Below, piece after piece: positions 1-9,482 of a stretch of 64,000 nt of DNA. Position numbers and translations under genes: made by a program. The stretch comes from an uncultured virus (IMG/VR IMGVR_UViG_3300049460_000260) (taxonomy: Duplodnaviria; Heunggongvirae; Uroviricota; Caudoviricetes), in the IMG/VR virus record IMGVR_UViG_3300049460_000260. The stretch is one strand, 5' to 3'. The notes below the pieces were generated by a model that saw only the letters and a list, made by a program, of their open reading frames with translations, did no database searches and was not told the origin of the DNA. The number at the start of each line of letters is the position of its first letter. Positions within the stretch are counted from its first letter, which is position 1.

Positions 1-207
1 TGGCTGCGGTGCACCGTAAGATCAAAACGGACGTAGGTCCGCTGTCGGTCGCGCTCTCGACTATCTCCGAACTCGCGGACGCCGTTGCAGACGCGTTCGG
101 TGGCGAGTGCAGCATCGATGCAGAAGGAGTTTGAATTAGCAGTTCCTTCTATCACCCAGGTCAGTTAGTATCGTGACTTTGACTTTCCCCAATATCTTCA
201 GGAAACC

Positions 208-411
208 ATGCGTACCATTCGTACAACTGACCTTCGCGGTCGCGTCTACGTTGTTGAGTTCGATAGCCGCGCCCTGCCGCAGAAGGTTTCTTTGATCACC
301 GCTCCAGGTGTGCAAGTCACGCTCTGGGAGAATGCGCAACCGACTCCTGTCTATTCGGCAGAGGTCGCCAACGCAATCCGTGCGGCCACCAAGAAGAGGA
401 AGCGGAGATGA
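208..411 (+). CDS. hypothetical early protein
   Basis: 67 aa ORF with AGGA RBS, ATGA-coupled to the next ORF. Confidence 0.7.
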   Translation: MRTIRTTDLRGRVYVVEFDSRALPQKVSLITAPGVQVTLWENAQPTPVYSAEVANAIRAATKKRKRR

Positions 412-623
412 AGCTGCGTTCATTCGTTCTGGTGTATGACATCTCGTACACCGATGCGTCGTTGGTTGCGGTCCACGTCGCGTGGGAGCGTCTGTGGAAG
501 GCGGCAGGTGGTGGCGGGTTAGTTGATGTCAACAACTACGACCGTACCATTACGTTCACGCTGACTGGCGAAGGCGCTACGCCCGAACTGATGGAACTCT
601 TCTTCAAGGAGTTGCAGCGGTGA
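408..623 (+). CDS. hypothetical early protein
   Basis: 71 aa ORF, start/stop overlaps with both neighbours. Confidence 0.7.
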   Translation: MKLRSFVLVYDISYTDASLVAVHVAWERLWKAAGGGGLVDVNNYDRTITFTLTGEGATPELMELFFKELQR

Positions 624-835
624 GTCTAGTATCTGATATGAAGGCCATCATCCGTGATGAGATGTGCAATCGCCACATCCATAAGGCGGAACTCGCGCGG
701 ATGATGGCGATGGGTCCTAAGCAGATTGACCGCATCCTGGACTCTGAGCAGAACACGAAGGCTGAGACGCTAGAGGAAGTTCTGGCCGTTCTCGGACTCC
801 GCATAACCGTAACGATCACACGCGTTGAGGACTAG
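620..835 (+). CDS. Cro/XRE-type helix-turn-helix protein
   Basis: KAELARMMAMGPKQIDRILD..NTKAETLEEVLAVLG fits an XRE-like HTH. Confidence 0.7.
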   Translation: MSLVSDMKAIIRDEMCNRHIHKAELARMMAMGPKQIDRILDSEQNTKAETLEEVLAVLGLRITVTITRVED

Positions 836-837
836 CC

Positions 838-1053
838 ATGAAGCTCAAGGTGCGCGGCTCTCAGCTTCAGCCCGGTGACGTTCTGTTCAATGGAAAGGTT
901 GTATCCTTCCGTATGCCGTTGGACGCATCGCAGACGCCTGGACTGATGACAAAACTGAACTGCCGTGAGTTCAGCGCAATCGGCTTCGTCGGAGAGGCGC
1001 TGCCGATCCTGCTCACCGACCAGGTGCAATTCCGAGTAGAACGAACCACTTAA
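838..1053 (+). CDS. hypothetical protein
   Basis: 71 aa ORF with GAGG RBS in a tightly packed operon. Confidence 0.65.
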   Translation: MKLKVRGSQLQPGDVLFNGKVVSFRMPLDASQTPGLMTKLNCREFSAIGFVGEALPILLTDQVQFRVERTT

Positions 1054-1061
1054 GGCGAACC

Positions 1062-1640
1062 ATGGATCACAACCTGAATATCAAAGCACTCGTCAACCGA
1101 TTCCTTGCCTGGCCTCTGCCACAGACCGTGTGCGCAGACGGCTGCGCAACCAACAGCGCATACCCATTCCCTCGGAGCGGTACGAACCTGCTGACTGCAG
1201 ACGAGGCGGAAGTGATGATTCGCTATGTGCTGGCCGCGCCTTGTGCTGAGCATACGTTCACGGACGCTGCTTCAGTGGACAAGGAGATCGAACGCCTGCT
1301 GACGCTCAAGGCGGCGCGCTGGCCTGAGTCGGCGTCCAGCCTGCTGGAGCAGTATCGCAAGGCACGCGACGAAGCGCCCTGCCCTTCCATCACCGTCGAT
1401 CTGGCGGAGGTCGAGAAGCGCGACGCAGAGCACCTAGCCGCGCTGACGGCTGCATACCAGCAGCACACGTTCAAGGCGTGGACGGCCAACAGCCTGGACG
1501 GCCTTGACGCAACCGTTATGGGCGGTGACGAGTTCATCGATGTACAAGCGCGTATGGCCTTCCGCTGGTATCTCGCGCGCTGGGAGCGTCAGTTGAAGTT
1601 GTTCGATGCGTCGGATGATGATTCGGAGTCCGTAGCATGA
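1062..1640 (+). CDS. hypothetical protein
   Basis: 192 aa ORF in the early operon. Confidence 0.7.
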   Translation: MDHNLNIKALVNRFLAWPLPQTVCADGCATNSAYPFPRSGTNLLTADEAEVMIRYVLAAPCAEHTFTDAASVDKEIERLLTLKAARWPESASSLLEQYRKARDEAPCPSITVDLAEVEKRDAEHLAALTAAYQQHTFKAWTANSLDGLDATVMGGDEFIDVQARMAFRWYLARWERQLKLFDASDDDSESVA

Positions 1641-1933
1641 CTGCCAAGCGCTTCGACCCAATATGGGAGATGCCGCGCAACGCAGACGAGGCAATGGCCG
1701 TCCTGGACTACTGGGGCGAAGGTGCGTGCTTTTCATTCTCAGCCAGGCGTGCCAAAAAGATCGCGGACATCCTCCACTATGAACGTGACGTGCGAGTGGA
1801 CCGCGCGCTTGAAGATCACCAGATCGCGCTGATCGTCAACCAACTGCGCGACACCGCAATCGACTATCATAGCACTCAGCAGCTGCGCGACCGTATCGCG
1901 CACATCATCGTGCCGTACTTGAAGAAGGAGTGA
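1637..1933 (+). CDS. hypothetical protein
   Basis: 98 aa, ATGA overlap with the upstream ORF. Confidence 0.65.
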   Translation: MTAKRFDPIWEMPRNADEAMAVLDYWGEGACFSFSARRAKKIADILHYERDVRVDRALEDHQIALIVNQLRDTAIDYHSTQQLRDRIAHIIVPYLKKE

Positions 1934-1936
1934 ACC

Positions 1937-2140
1937 GTGGAATTCAGTTTGAACATTACGCTGGACGATGACGCATCGGCCAGCGACGTCATCAACGCCT
2001 TTGTGGCCGCAGCCTCTGGCGTGCCGGTTGCGATGCCTGGCAAGTTGGTCGGTGTCGATTACTCGAAGGCGATTGACCTTGGCGCGGTCGTCTCACAATC
2101 CTTCGGCGTCCAAGACGTCACTCTCCACCGGTTGGCGTGA
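1937..2140 (+). CDS. hypothetical protein
   Basis: 67 aa, GTG start after AAGGAG. Confidence 0.65.
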   Translation: MEFSLNITLDDDASASDVINAFVAAASGVPVAMPGKLVGVDYSKAIDLGAVVSQSFGVQDVTLHRLA

Positions 2141-2352
2141 TGGTCACGTTCCGTAAAGTGTCCAATGCTCACGTTGATTTGATGCACAAAGACGCCTGGG
2201 ACGACTGCGTTGAGTGTGGTGCATTCATCCCTAGCGACGGCACCGGCCATTGGGCGAAGCACGACGACGAAGGATTTGTGCTGGAGTCCGATGTCGATTG
2301 CTTTTCGACGCCTCCCGAATGGGCAACTCACGTTTGCTGGTACAACAAATGA
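2137..2352 (+). CDS. small acidic Cys/His/Trp-rich phage protein
   Basis: 71 aa, coupled to both neighbours; ends PEWATHVCWYNK. Confidence 0.65.
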   Translation: MMVTFRKVSNAHVDLMHKDAWDDCVECGAFIPSDGTGHWAKHDDEGFVLESDVDCFSTPPEWATHVCWYNK

Positions 2353-2573
2353 CCGCGCCACTCAAAGTCTATGCCTGCCACGCCTTCCTTGGGCGCTGCT
2401 CCAGCCTTGGTGCGTACGCGGTCGTGGTCGCTCCAAATGCCGAAGTTGCTGCGCGTCTTCTTGACATGCAGCTGTTTGTTGAGGATATCGCTCAGCGCAG
2501 GTTCATCGCATCCACGGACATGATCGAAGTTGATCTGTCCGCTCCTAACGCGTACATCGTGAAGGATGAGTGA
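2349..2573 (+). CDS. hypothetical protein
   Basis: ATG at 2349 overlaps the upstream stop; 74 aa. Confidence 0.6.
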   Translation: MTAPLKVYACHAFLGRCSSLGAYAVVVAPNAEVAARLLDMQLFVEDIAQRRFIASTDMIEVDLSAPNAYIVKDE

Positions 2574-2848
2574 TGTTCCAACCCAAGCGCAAGTTCATCG
2601 TCCAGTTGTACGTGTACGAAGTTGCGCCATCGAAGCGGCCTTACGCCGAAGACGCTGCATCTGATCCACCAGTGACCATGGAACCGGTCGCCAACTATGA
2701 GGTCGGCATGGACGTGGACTGGCGAGAGACCGCGCGTGGCATGCCTCTCGATGTCGCCAACCAGAAGTTTCGCGCTGTGCTCAAGGCTCTGGAGCTCAAC
2801 GCTTGGTCCAAGCTTGAGAAGACGCTGGAAGTCTGGCGGATGATGTGA
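2570..2848 (+). CDS. hypothetical protein
   Basis: 92 aa ORF coupled to the upstream ORF. Confidence 0.6.
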   Translation: MMFQPKRKFIVQLYVYEVAPSKRPYAEDAASDPPVTMEPVANYEVGMDVDWRETARGMPLDVANQKFRAVLKALELNAWSKLEKTLEVWRMM

Positions 2849-2952
2849 TAATCGAACACTGCTTCTACTTCGCTCTTGGCGTGATCGCTGGTGGCGGTCT
2901 GGCGCTGCACCTGCACGACTGGATTCACCGTCTGGTCTCGTGACCCAAATGA

Positions 2953-2977
2953 AAAGGCCCGTGTTCTACGGGCCTTT
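2953..2977. terminator. bidirectional intrinsic terminator
   Basis: AAAGGCCCGT-GTTCT-ACGGGCCTTT hairpin between convergent units. Confidence 0.75.
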
Positions 2978-3055
2978 GTCTTGTTACCCTCGTCCTAGTA
3001 CTCCCCAACCCCAATCCACCCAGCCTTGCCCATTGGATTTGTGTCCAAAGAGCAC

Positions 3056-3745
3056 TTACGCCCGCTGATTCGCCTCCACAAACGCCTCTGCTTCGGCTGA
3101 ACCCGGCTCAGGGTGCCTCGTCGTGCTCAACTTCGGCTTGGATTCGGGAGTCGGTTGATTGTCGCCGTAGAAGTCCTTCAACGTCTTTCCAGCAGTCGTT
3201 CGTCCAGCTTCGTCCACCACCGTGATACCGAACAGCACGTTGAGTTCCTTGATGGCACTCAGCTTGGTCGAGCACTTTGTGAACGGGTTGTTCATCAAGC
3301 TCAACAACTCGTACACGGCCAGCTTCGGACCGTACATATGTTCCATCTTCACCGCTGCGAACTTCTCTGCGAATATCTTGCGATATACCAGGTTGTGTTC
3401 TAGGGCTTCGATTCGCGAGTACAGGTGCAGGTCTGCGTAGTCGGTTCCGAAGACGCGCGTGAATGCCCGTTCCGCGTTCCAACCGATAACGCGGTATTCC
3501 GCATAGTCGCTGACGTGGCTGATGTTTGCCTTCGCGAAGGCCTCCGAGCGGAAGTGCACCGCTGCCAGAACGTTGGTCGTGACGATATCGCGGTCTGGGT
3601 TCAGATCATTGGCGAAGTCTTCGGCTTCTTTACTCACGTGGCTCGCGTGCTCATCGCTATCGTCGTTGTCCCAGGGGTTGTGCGCCTTGGGTTGCTGATG
3701 GCGACGGCCTCTGTTGTGCGGGCTTTTGGGTCGGCGTTCTGGCAT
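3056..3745 (-). CDS. terS: terminase small subunit (PB1/E217-like)
   Basis: ELLSLMNNPFTKCSTKLSAIKELNVLFGITVVDEAGRT..LKDFY resembles the Pbunavirus TerS as I recall it; not searched. Confidence 0.7.
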   Translation of the reverse strand: MPERRPKSPHNRGRRHQQPKAHNPWDNDDSDEHASHVSKEAEDFANDLNPDRDIVTTNVLAAVHFRSEAFAKANISHVSDYAEYRVIGWNAERAFTRVFGTDYADLHLYSRIEALEHNLVYRKIFAEKFAAVKMEHMYGPKLAVYELLSLMNNPFTKCSTKLSAIKELNVLFGITVVDEAGRTTAGKTLKDFYGDNQPTPESKPKLSTTRHPEPGSAEAEAFVEANQRA

Positions 3746-3962
3746 GATGGTTAGGTCTGCTTAAGGGCTGATGTTCGCGATTGTACGTGTCTGTAGTGGC
3801 CATCTTGCCGCATGGGTCGCGAGGTCTGCCGCGCCGGTCGTTTGGTTTGTAGTCCTGTGGTGTCGATGCGTGTAGTATCGTGTGCGCTCCAATGACTTTG
3901 CCGCATGCCTGGTAGGCGTCTGGAGCGTGCATCGAGTCCGTGAGGACACGGTGAACAAGACG

Positions 3963-4300
3963 AAGTTGACCAAATAAAGTTCGGAACCCTATTGACTTCT
4001 AGCCGCGCCTTGCCTAGCCGCGCTCTGCGGTGAACGTATTTAGCACAGTTGTGCGAGCACCGTGAGGCCACGAGAAATCCACACCTCACCAAAGCCAAGC
4101 GGAGCAAAGGATTGAAGTGTAAAGTTGAGTAATTGTAATAATTGTATATAAAGAAGTAACGTATAGGAATATGAATAGCTATATGGTTGTCAAGTCGCGG
4201 TCAACTCGTCAACTGTCAACTTTAGCCCAGCAATGACATGTCCAAATCCAGCGGCGAAGCACCAACACAATGTACCATTCCAAAGTTGAGAAAAGTTGAA
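3963..4300. repeat. non-coding AT-rich element A with AGTTGA/TCAACT repeats
   Basis: CTAGCCGCGC x2 (3999, 4014), AGTTGAGTAATTGTA (4123-4137), GTCAACT x3 (4200-4221), AAAGTTGA x2 (4282-4299). Confidence 0.7.
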
Positions 4301-4438
4301 AAACCCAGATTCAATGTGCAAACAGTGAAATCCGGACATTAATCTAGCCCCTTGACAAAACCCTAATTAAACGCTAGACAGAAAAGAGAAAGGGCCGCGC
4401 ACGGCGACCCTGTGTCCAAACGACAGAAAATCCGTTAA

Positions 4439-6028
4439 TCAAAACCCTTCGTCTTTCGTTTTGGCGACCTTAACTGTGCCAAACTCGCCATCTGCAACGA
4501 AGTCGATTTCACCGACTCGCAGTTCAAAGTCTTCGATGCTCTCAAACTTCGGAAACAAATAGCCAGGATATCCGCCTGTGAACACGTGTTCAATCGCGCC
4601 TAAAGCAAGCATCTTGTTCTTCAAGTGCTTCCAATTCGGCTTAACGTGCCTGAGCGTATCCATGAAGTGCCTTTTGAATTCGCCCGTTTTCACTCCCACG
4701 CATGGTGCCGCGTTGTGTCTTTGCCACAAGAACTTAGGCCCATCCTTCAACATCGGAACAAGATAGACATCCATAATATCGTCGCGAATCGTACCGCGAT
4801 CACCGGCCATCTCATTCTTGGAGAATTCGAAGACCTGCTTGACCACAGAGCGCACAAACAGGTTGTAGCCTTCCTCGCCGTGCTCATCGAACCACGCAGC
4901 AGCCTCAGCCATCAATTGCCACAGGCGCGGCTCGAAGCTGGTGAAATCAGCCGCAAAATCCGCGCGCCAAGCCGGTTGCCCAAGGTAGTCCGGCAGCTGG
5001 CCGCAGAACATCGGATACAAACGTCTGTTACCAGTATCGTCGCGCTGCAGGCCTTCGTACTTGTTGCCGTCCATCATAATAATGAACTGGCGCTGCTGGT
5101 CAAACGTACCTTCGAACTTGTAGTGCATCTTGTCCGATGTACGCGTGATGAAGTCCTTGATCTTGTTCAAGTCGCCGCGCGTAAAGCCGGTCATTTCACC
5201 GACCGACGCCACGACCGATTGCCCGGTGATCTCGCGAAGGAACTCCAGTTTCTCGCCGTCGAGATTCAGCTGCACCGTATCGGCTTCAGCGTTGCCGGTG
5301 AGCACGCGGCAGATCAACTTGCCAAAGTAGCTCTTGCCGCAGTCCTGCGTTCCGAACAACGAGAGCACCATAGGAGCCAACGATCCGGGCATCATGATGC
5401 GAGAGTACAGGGACAGCCAGAAGTACTTGCCGAAGTCCCGATTCAGCGGCGTATCGAACGTCTGGAATAGGTCAATCAGCGCCGTGTCCATCCTGGGCGT
5501 TTCGTCCCACTCAGGAATCCGGTTCTCAACGTAATTGATCAAGTCGTTCCGTTCCTGATCCAGCGCCCATTCCTTAACGACATCGCGTGCCGCTTTTGCC
5601 GATACGCCCTTAAGGCCTGCAGCAGAGAATGCCTGGATCCAGCGCACGACCGGATAGTGGTCATCGATAATCCGCCCCTCGTGGTCAACAATCCGACCGC
5701 GAAAGTGGTCACGGTGCGGTATCGCCTCGTCAATGCCTTCGAAGAGCGCATTCAGTACCGTGACCTTATTCTCATCCGTCATCACCGGCTGATTGACGAA
5801 CATATCATTCTTGCGGACGCTCTTGACGTCAGGGTACTGAATGAACCCGGCAGAGAATAGCTTGCGCGCTCGCTTGACGATATCCCCTTCATGACTGCGG
5901 ATTGCCGATGCAACGCTGGATGCCTCTTCAACCGCGATCAGCTTCGCGGCCTTGACGTGCTCGACATCCTGGAGCGCTGCAGTCTCATTCTCGATTGACT
6001 GCTCTTCCCAATCCTCCATTTCGGACAT
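4439..6028 (-). CDS. VirE/VapE-family (primase-associated) helicase/ATPase
   Basis: Walker A GTQDCGKS, DDTGNRR motif, follows the primase gene. Confidence 0.8.
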   Translation of the reverse strand: MSEMEDWEEQSIENETAALQDVEHVKAAKLIAVEEASSVASAIRSHEGDIVKRARKLFSAGFIQYPDVKSVRKNDMFVNQPVMTDENKVTVLNALFEGIDEAIPHRDHFRGRIVDHEGRIIDDHYPVVRWIQAFSAAGLKGVSAKAARDVVKEWALDQERNDLINYVENRIPEWDETPRMDTALIDLFQTFDTPLNRDFGKYFWLSLYSRIMMPGSLAPMVLSLFGTQDCGKSYFGKLICRVLTGNAEADTVQLNLDGEKLEFLREITGQSVVASVGEMTGFTRGDLNKIKDFITRTSDKMHYKFEGTFDQQRQFIIMMDGNKYEGLQRDDTGNRRLYPMFCGQLPDYLGQPAWRADFAADFTSFEPRLWQLMAEAAAWFDEHGEEGYNLFVRSVVKQVFEFSKNEMAGDRGTIRDDIMDVYLVPMLKDGPKFLWQRHNAAPCVGVKTGEFKRHFMDTLRHVKPNWKHLKNKMLALGAIEHVFTGGYPGYLFPKFESIEDFELRVGEIDFVADGEFGTVKVAKTKDEGF

Positions 6029-6030
6029 GC

Positions 6031-6333
6031 TTATTTACCCACCGTGACGTCGCAGTGGATGATGCTCGTGAACGGCCAGCCTTGCTTGACCGGCACAGAG
6101 CCAAACTCCTTGATCTCGCTCTTCGTGGGCTTCACGATCACCGGACGCGGCTTGGCAGGCGGCATCAAGTCCACCGAGAACGTCTCGTCACGGCCAATGA
6201 AACGTTCCCACGCATCGAGTGCGATCTGCAGCGCGATACTGATGTCTGCAGCCTTGACGCAATCGACCGCCCGCCCGCCTTTCATGACGATGAAAGGAAT
6301 CAGTTTATTCTTTGTAGTCTTCACAGTGGTCAC
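6031..6333 (-). CDS. hypothetical protein
   Basis: 100 aa ORF between primase and helicase. Confidence 0.55.
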   Translation of the reverse strand: MTTVKTTKNKLIPFIVMKGGRAVDCVKAADISIALQIALDAWERFIGRDETFSVDLMPPAKPRPVIVKPTKSEIKEFGSVPVKQGWPFTSIIHCDVTVGK

Positions 6334-7432
6334 TCGCTTTTGCGTTAACTGAATCTAGCCGCTCCGCAATCGTCGCAATGACGATCTTGTCCACGAAGAC
6401 GGACCATGTACGCTTATTGTCCTTGCGGCAGGTATCGTGGCCGCACCCAAAAACATAGTCGTATTCTGCGCCCGGAATTGAGCCACGGAAGTAAGCGCCA
6501 TACTTATCGCCGTTCGTGTGCTCGTTTCCCCATGGGCAAGCTATACGATACTTGCCGGACATGTTTGACGATACTTCACCGCCACTGCCTTCGCCCATCT
6601 TCATCCGGCCCAGAATCCAAGTTGCCTCCTTCAGCCACAGCGCGTCGAAGTACTTGGCCTCGTTCTTCTCCGTCTCTTCGCTCTCACTCAGTAGCCGTTC
6701 GACAGGCACAACGATAGTAAAGCCGAACGCAGCTGCGATTCGATCCATTCCGTATCGGCGCGAGTAGTCAGACTGAACAAGTCGCACGGCGAAAGGCCGC
6801 TGCTTATTGCGGGCCACATCGGGTTCAACCGGATACTTGAGAGCGCCGTCTGCTGTACGCTTGTTATTGATTCCTGCAGGCATCCGGCCATACCTGCTGA
6901 TGTCTCGAATCGTACTGTCTCCGCCCTTTCCGAGAAGCACGTGGCTAACGAACCCCATGAGGAATGCCTTGAACCTTCTTCTGTCGTCCACCGGCTCATC
7001 GAGGAAGTACCAGCACTGGTGGTTGCCAGGCGAAGTCTCCACGGTTGCCGTAGGCTGAAGGATAGCGCAGAGTTGATCCATACTGAGCTCACCCTTGCTT
7101 CCCTTACCAGTCCCGATGTCGTCAACCATAAGGGCGAGTCCGTGACCAAATGATGCTTCCCCTCGCCAGTATCGTAGCGCACCGGTTTTGGGATTTGGGG
7201 TCTTGATTGACGACGAGATGCACACATAACAATTATCCTCCATCGGGATGTGACGACCGCTCTTATACGGCGTAGGCCACCAGCCAGCGTTGAGTTTCTT
7301 TCCGGACGCGTCCGCTTGCACCGTGGCCTCGTCAGCGTATCCGGCCATTACGCGCTCGTGGTCCGGAATGCCCTTGCCGAGTTCGGCCAGGAACTCTTCG
7401 CACGCGGCGAGACGTTCTCTTTGTGTGGACAT
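6305..7432 (-). CDS. RepB-family DNA primase (AEP/prim-pol)
   Basis: MVDD, VETSPGNHQCWY, RYGRMPAGINNK motifs; C-terminal Zn site CPW..EH..CGH..C. Confidence 0.8.
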   Translation of the reverse strand: MSTQRERLAACEEFLAELGKGIPDHERVMAGYADEATVQADASGKKLNAGWWPTPYKSGRHIPMEDNCYVCISSSIKTPNPKTGALRYWRGEASFGHGLALMVDDIGTGKGSKGELSMDQLCAILQPTATVETSPGNHQCWYFLDEPVDDRRRFKAFLMGFVSHVLLGKGGDSTIRDISRYGRMPAGINNKRTADGALKYPVEPDVARNKQRPFAVRLVQSDYSRRYGMDRIAAAFGFTIVVPVERLLSESEETEKNEAKYFDALWLKEATWILGRMKMGEGSGGEVSSNMSGKYRIACPWGNEHTNGDKYGAYFRGSIPGAEYDYVFGCGHDTCRKDNKRTWSVFVDKIVIATIAERLDSVNAKASDHCEDYKE

Positions 7433-7440
7433 GATTGGGA

Positions 7441-7638
7441 TTAGACCTGCTGGAAGAAGAGCACGACACAGGCCACGGCGTTGAAGCCTTTGAGTGCGTC
7501 GCGGGCCATGATGGCGTGGGAGAGTTTGTTGAGTGCATCCTTGTCGCGTGGCATCTGTTCGACATCATAGAAGCCGTTGCTTTGGAACTCGTTGCCGTCC
7601 GCGTCCAGGCCGGAATACGAAACGAAAAGTCTGATCAA
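7441..7638 (-). CDS. hypothetical protein
   Basis: 65 aa ORF directly upstream of the primase. Confidence 0.5.
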   Translation of the reverse strand: MIRLFVSYSGLDADGNEFQSNGFYDVEQMPRDKDALNKLSHAIMARDALKGFNAVACVVLFFQQV

Positions 7639-7639
7639 G

Positions 7640-7915
7640 ATCGCTGCTGCCTATTAGTATTTGCAGGTTAGTTTTACCGGTCAACCTGGAAGCCGTTACT
7701 GAATTACTTTCGTCGGACGGATTGGATTATAGGTCAGCTATTGTGGCACAATTGACCCACTATCTGAATATTTTTAACGGAGTCGTAATAAGGCAAATAA
7801 GCCTTCTCACCGACCAATTGGAAGTCACCCCGCTCGCTTATACTCGGACCCGTTGAGTCACAGTGACTTAGCTCGGACACAAAGCCGATGAACACACTAA
7901 CGGAGCATCACAGGC
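7640..7915. promoter_or_regulatory. divergent promoter region (primase / helicase)
   Basis: TATAAT on - (7726-7731), TATACT on + (7839-7844), palindrome AGTCAC-A-GTGACT (7856-7868). Confidence 0.55.
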
Positions 7916-9076
7916 ATGAGCACACCGCAAGAGATTACCTTTAACCCAGAGCAGCAAGAAGCAATCGAAGCCATCGTGAAATGGTTTGACGGCTGGATCA
8001 ATAAGCGCCACCGCAAGCAGACGTTCTTCCTCACCGGTCGCGCCGGTACGGGCAAGACCTCGCTGGCCAGGGCCGCAGCAGCGCGTTGCTGCCACGAGTA
8101 TTCGACAGTGTTCATTGCGCCGACCGGAAAGGCAGCAAGCCGTCTTCGACAGAAGGGCTGTAAGGGCGCTAAGACACTGCACCAGTTCATCTACAACCCT
8201 CGCGGCGAAGACGAGGAAGGCAACCCGATCTTTGTGGACAAGGCGACGTTGGACGATAAGCCGCGCCTCGTCGTGCTGGATGAGGCGTCGATGGTCGGCG
8301 CGTACGATATGGCGGCGTTGCTGCGGCACGGCATCGCGGTCCTGCAGTTGGGTGACCTGGGCCAGCTGCAGCCGGTCAAGGCCCCGCCGTCGCTATCGCC
8401 TGAAGCAGTGGACTTCGAACTGACGGAGATCATGCGCCAAGCCGCCGAATCGAACATCATACGCGCTGCCGGATTCGTTCGCGAAGGGAAGCGCCTACCG
8501 CTTCGCGAGTACAACGATGTACGTATTCGTGATGGTCGTCCGTCTCTGGATGAACTCCTGGAGCACTACAAGGAGAACGCGCAAATCCTCTGCTCGTATA
8601 ACAACACGCGCGTTGCGATCAACAACCAAATCCGCGAGGCGATGGGCTTCAAAGGTGACCAGCCGAACGTTGGCGAGAAGGTGATGTGCTGGTTCAACCA
8701 ACACTCGTATAACTTCATGAACGGTGAGCAGGCAATCGTTATCGGCTTCGAAGACGTGCCAGAGTCGGACGTTGACCAGAACGATCCTGACGAGTTGATG
8801 TACATGCGTATCCGCTCGCTCACCGATGGACGCGAGAAGCGCGTGAAGTACAACCCGCTGTCCTTCAGCCGCGACGAAGAGGCGCGCAACGAGGCGCTTA
8901 AGAATGTCGGTGGGTTCCAGTATGGCGGCTGCTGTACCATTCACAAGTCCCAGGGCAGCGAGTGGGACAACGTGCTCGTCATGGAAGAGATGATGGGCGA
9001 TTACGCCAAACTGCAGTACACAGCGTACACACGCGCGGCGAAGATGCTAACCGTATATCGTCAAGGGAGACGTTAA
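7916..9076 (+). CDS. RecD/Dda-like SF1B DNA helicase
   Basis: GRAGTGKT, LDEASM, GDLGQLQPV, TIHKSQGSEW, YTAYTRA motifs. Confidence 0.9.
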   Translation: MSTPQEITFNPEQQEAIEAIVKWFDGWINKRHRKQTFFLTGRAGTGKTSLARAAAARCCHEYSTVFIAPTGKAASRLRQKGCKGAKTLHQFIYNPRGEDEEGNPIFVDKATLDDKPRLVVLDEASMVGAYDMAALLRHGIAVLQLGDLGQLQPVKAPPSLSPEAVDFELTEIMRQAAESNIIRAAGFVREGKRLPLREYNDVRIRDGRPSLDELLEHYKENAQILCSYNNTRVAINNQIREAMGFKGDQPNVGEKVMCWFNQHSYNFMNGEQAIVIGFEDVPESDVDQNDPDELMYMRIRSLTDGREKRVKYNPLSFSRDEEARNEALKNVGGFQYGGCCTIHKSQGSEWDNVLVMEEMMGDYAKLQYTAYTRAAKMLTVYRQGRR

Positions 9077-9079
9077 GCC

Positions 9080-9271
9080 ATGCCAGGAATCCAAATGAAG
9101 TACTTTGTTCTCAGCCCGCTTTCGAGCGACGTTGATCACGCGCTGGCGTCGATCAAGGCCATGGAGGCGTACGCTGAAGAGATCGGTCGCACCAACCTGC
9201 CGCTTGCAGAAGACATCCGTCAGTGGGCTGTCTCGTGCCGTCTGCAGTACATCGACGTAACTGGAGGTTGA
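9080..9271 (+). CDS. hypothetical protein
   Basis: 63 aa ORF in operon. Confidence 0.6.
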   Translation: MPGIQMKYFVLSPLSSDVDHALASIKAMEAYAEEIGRTNLPLAEDIRQWAVSCRLQYIDVTGG

Positions 9272-9272
9272 T

Positions 9273-9482
9273 GTGAGCAGCTTCTCGTCGCGCATGATCG
9301 CGCAAGTCACCATCGAGTTCGACACTGGCTCGGAGTACGGCGGAAAGTGGACGTTTGAAGAGGCATACAACGATGCCAAGCGCGCTGCCGAATCGAAGTG
9401 CCGCGAAATTTCCGCTGAAGTTCGTGGTGTGAAGGTTCTGAATATCATCAGCATCAGATCACACGTGCAGGAACTGAAATGA
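9273..9482 (+). CDS. hypothetical protein
   Basis: 69 aa, GGAGG RBS. Confidence 0.6.
   Translation: MSSFSSRMIAQVTIEFDTGSEYGGKWTFEEAYNDAKRAAESKCREISAEVRGVKVLNIISIRSHVQELK

Noticed and set aside
3963..4300. CRISPR-like mini-array
   Set aside because: Repeats are only 6-15 bp and irregularly spaced, with no constant spacer length and no cas genes.
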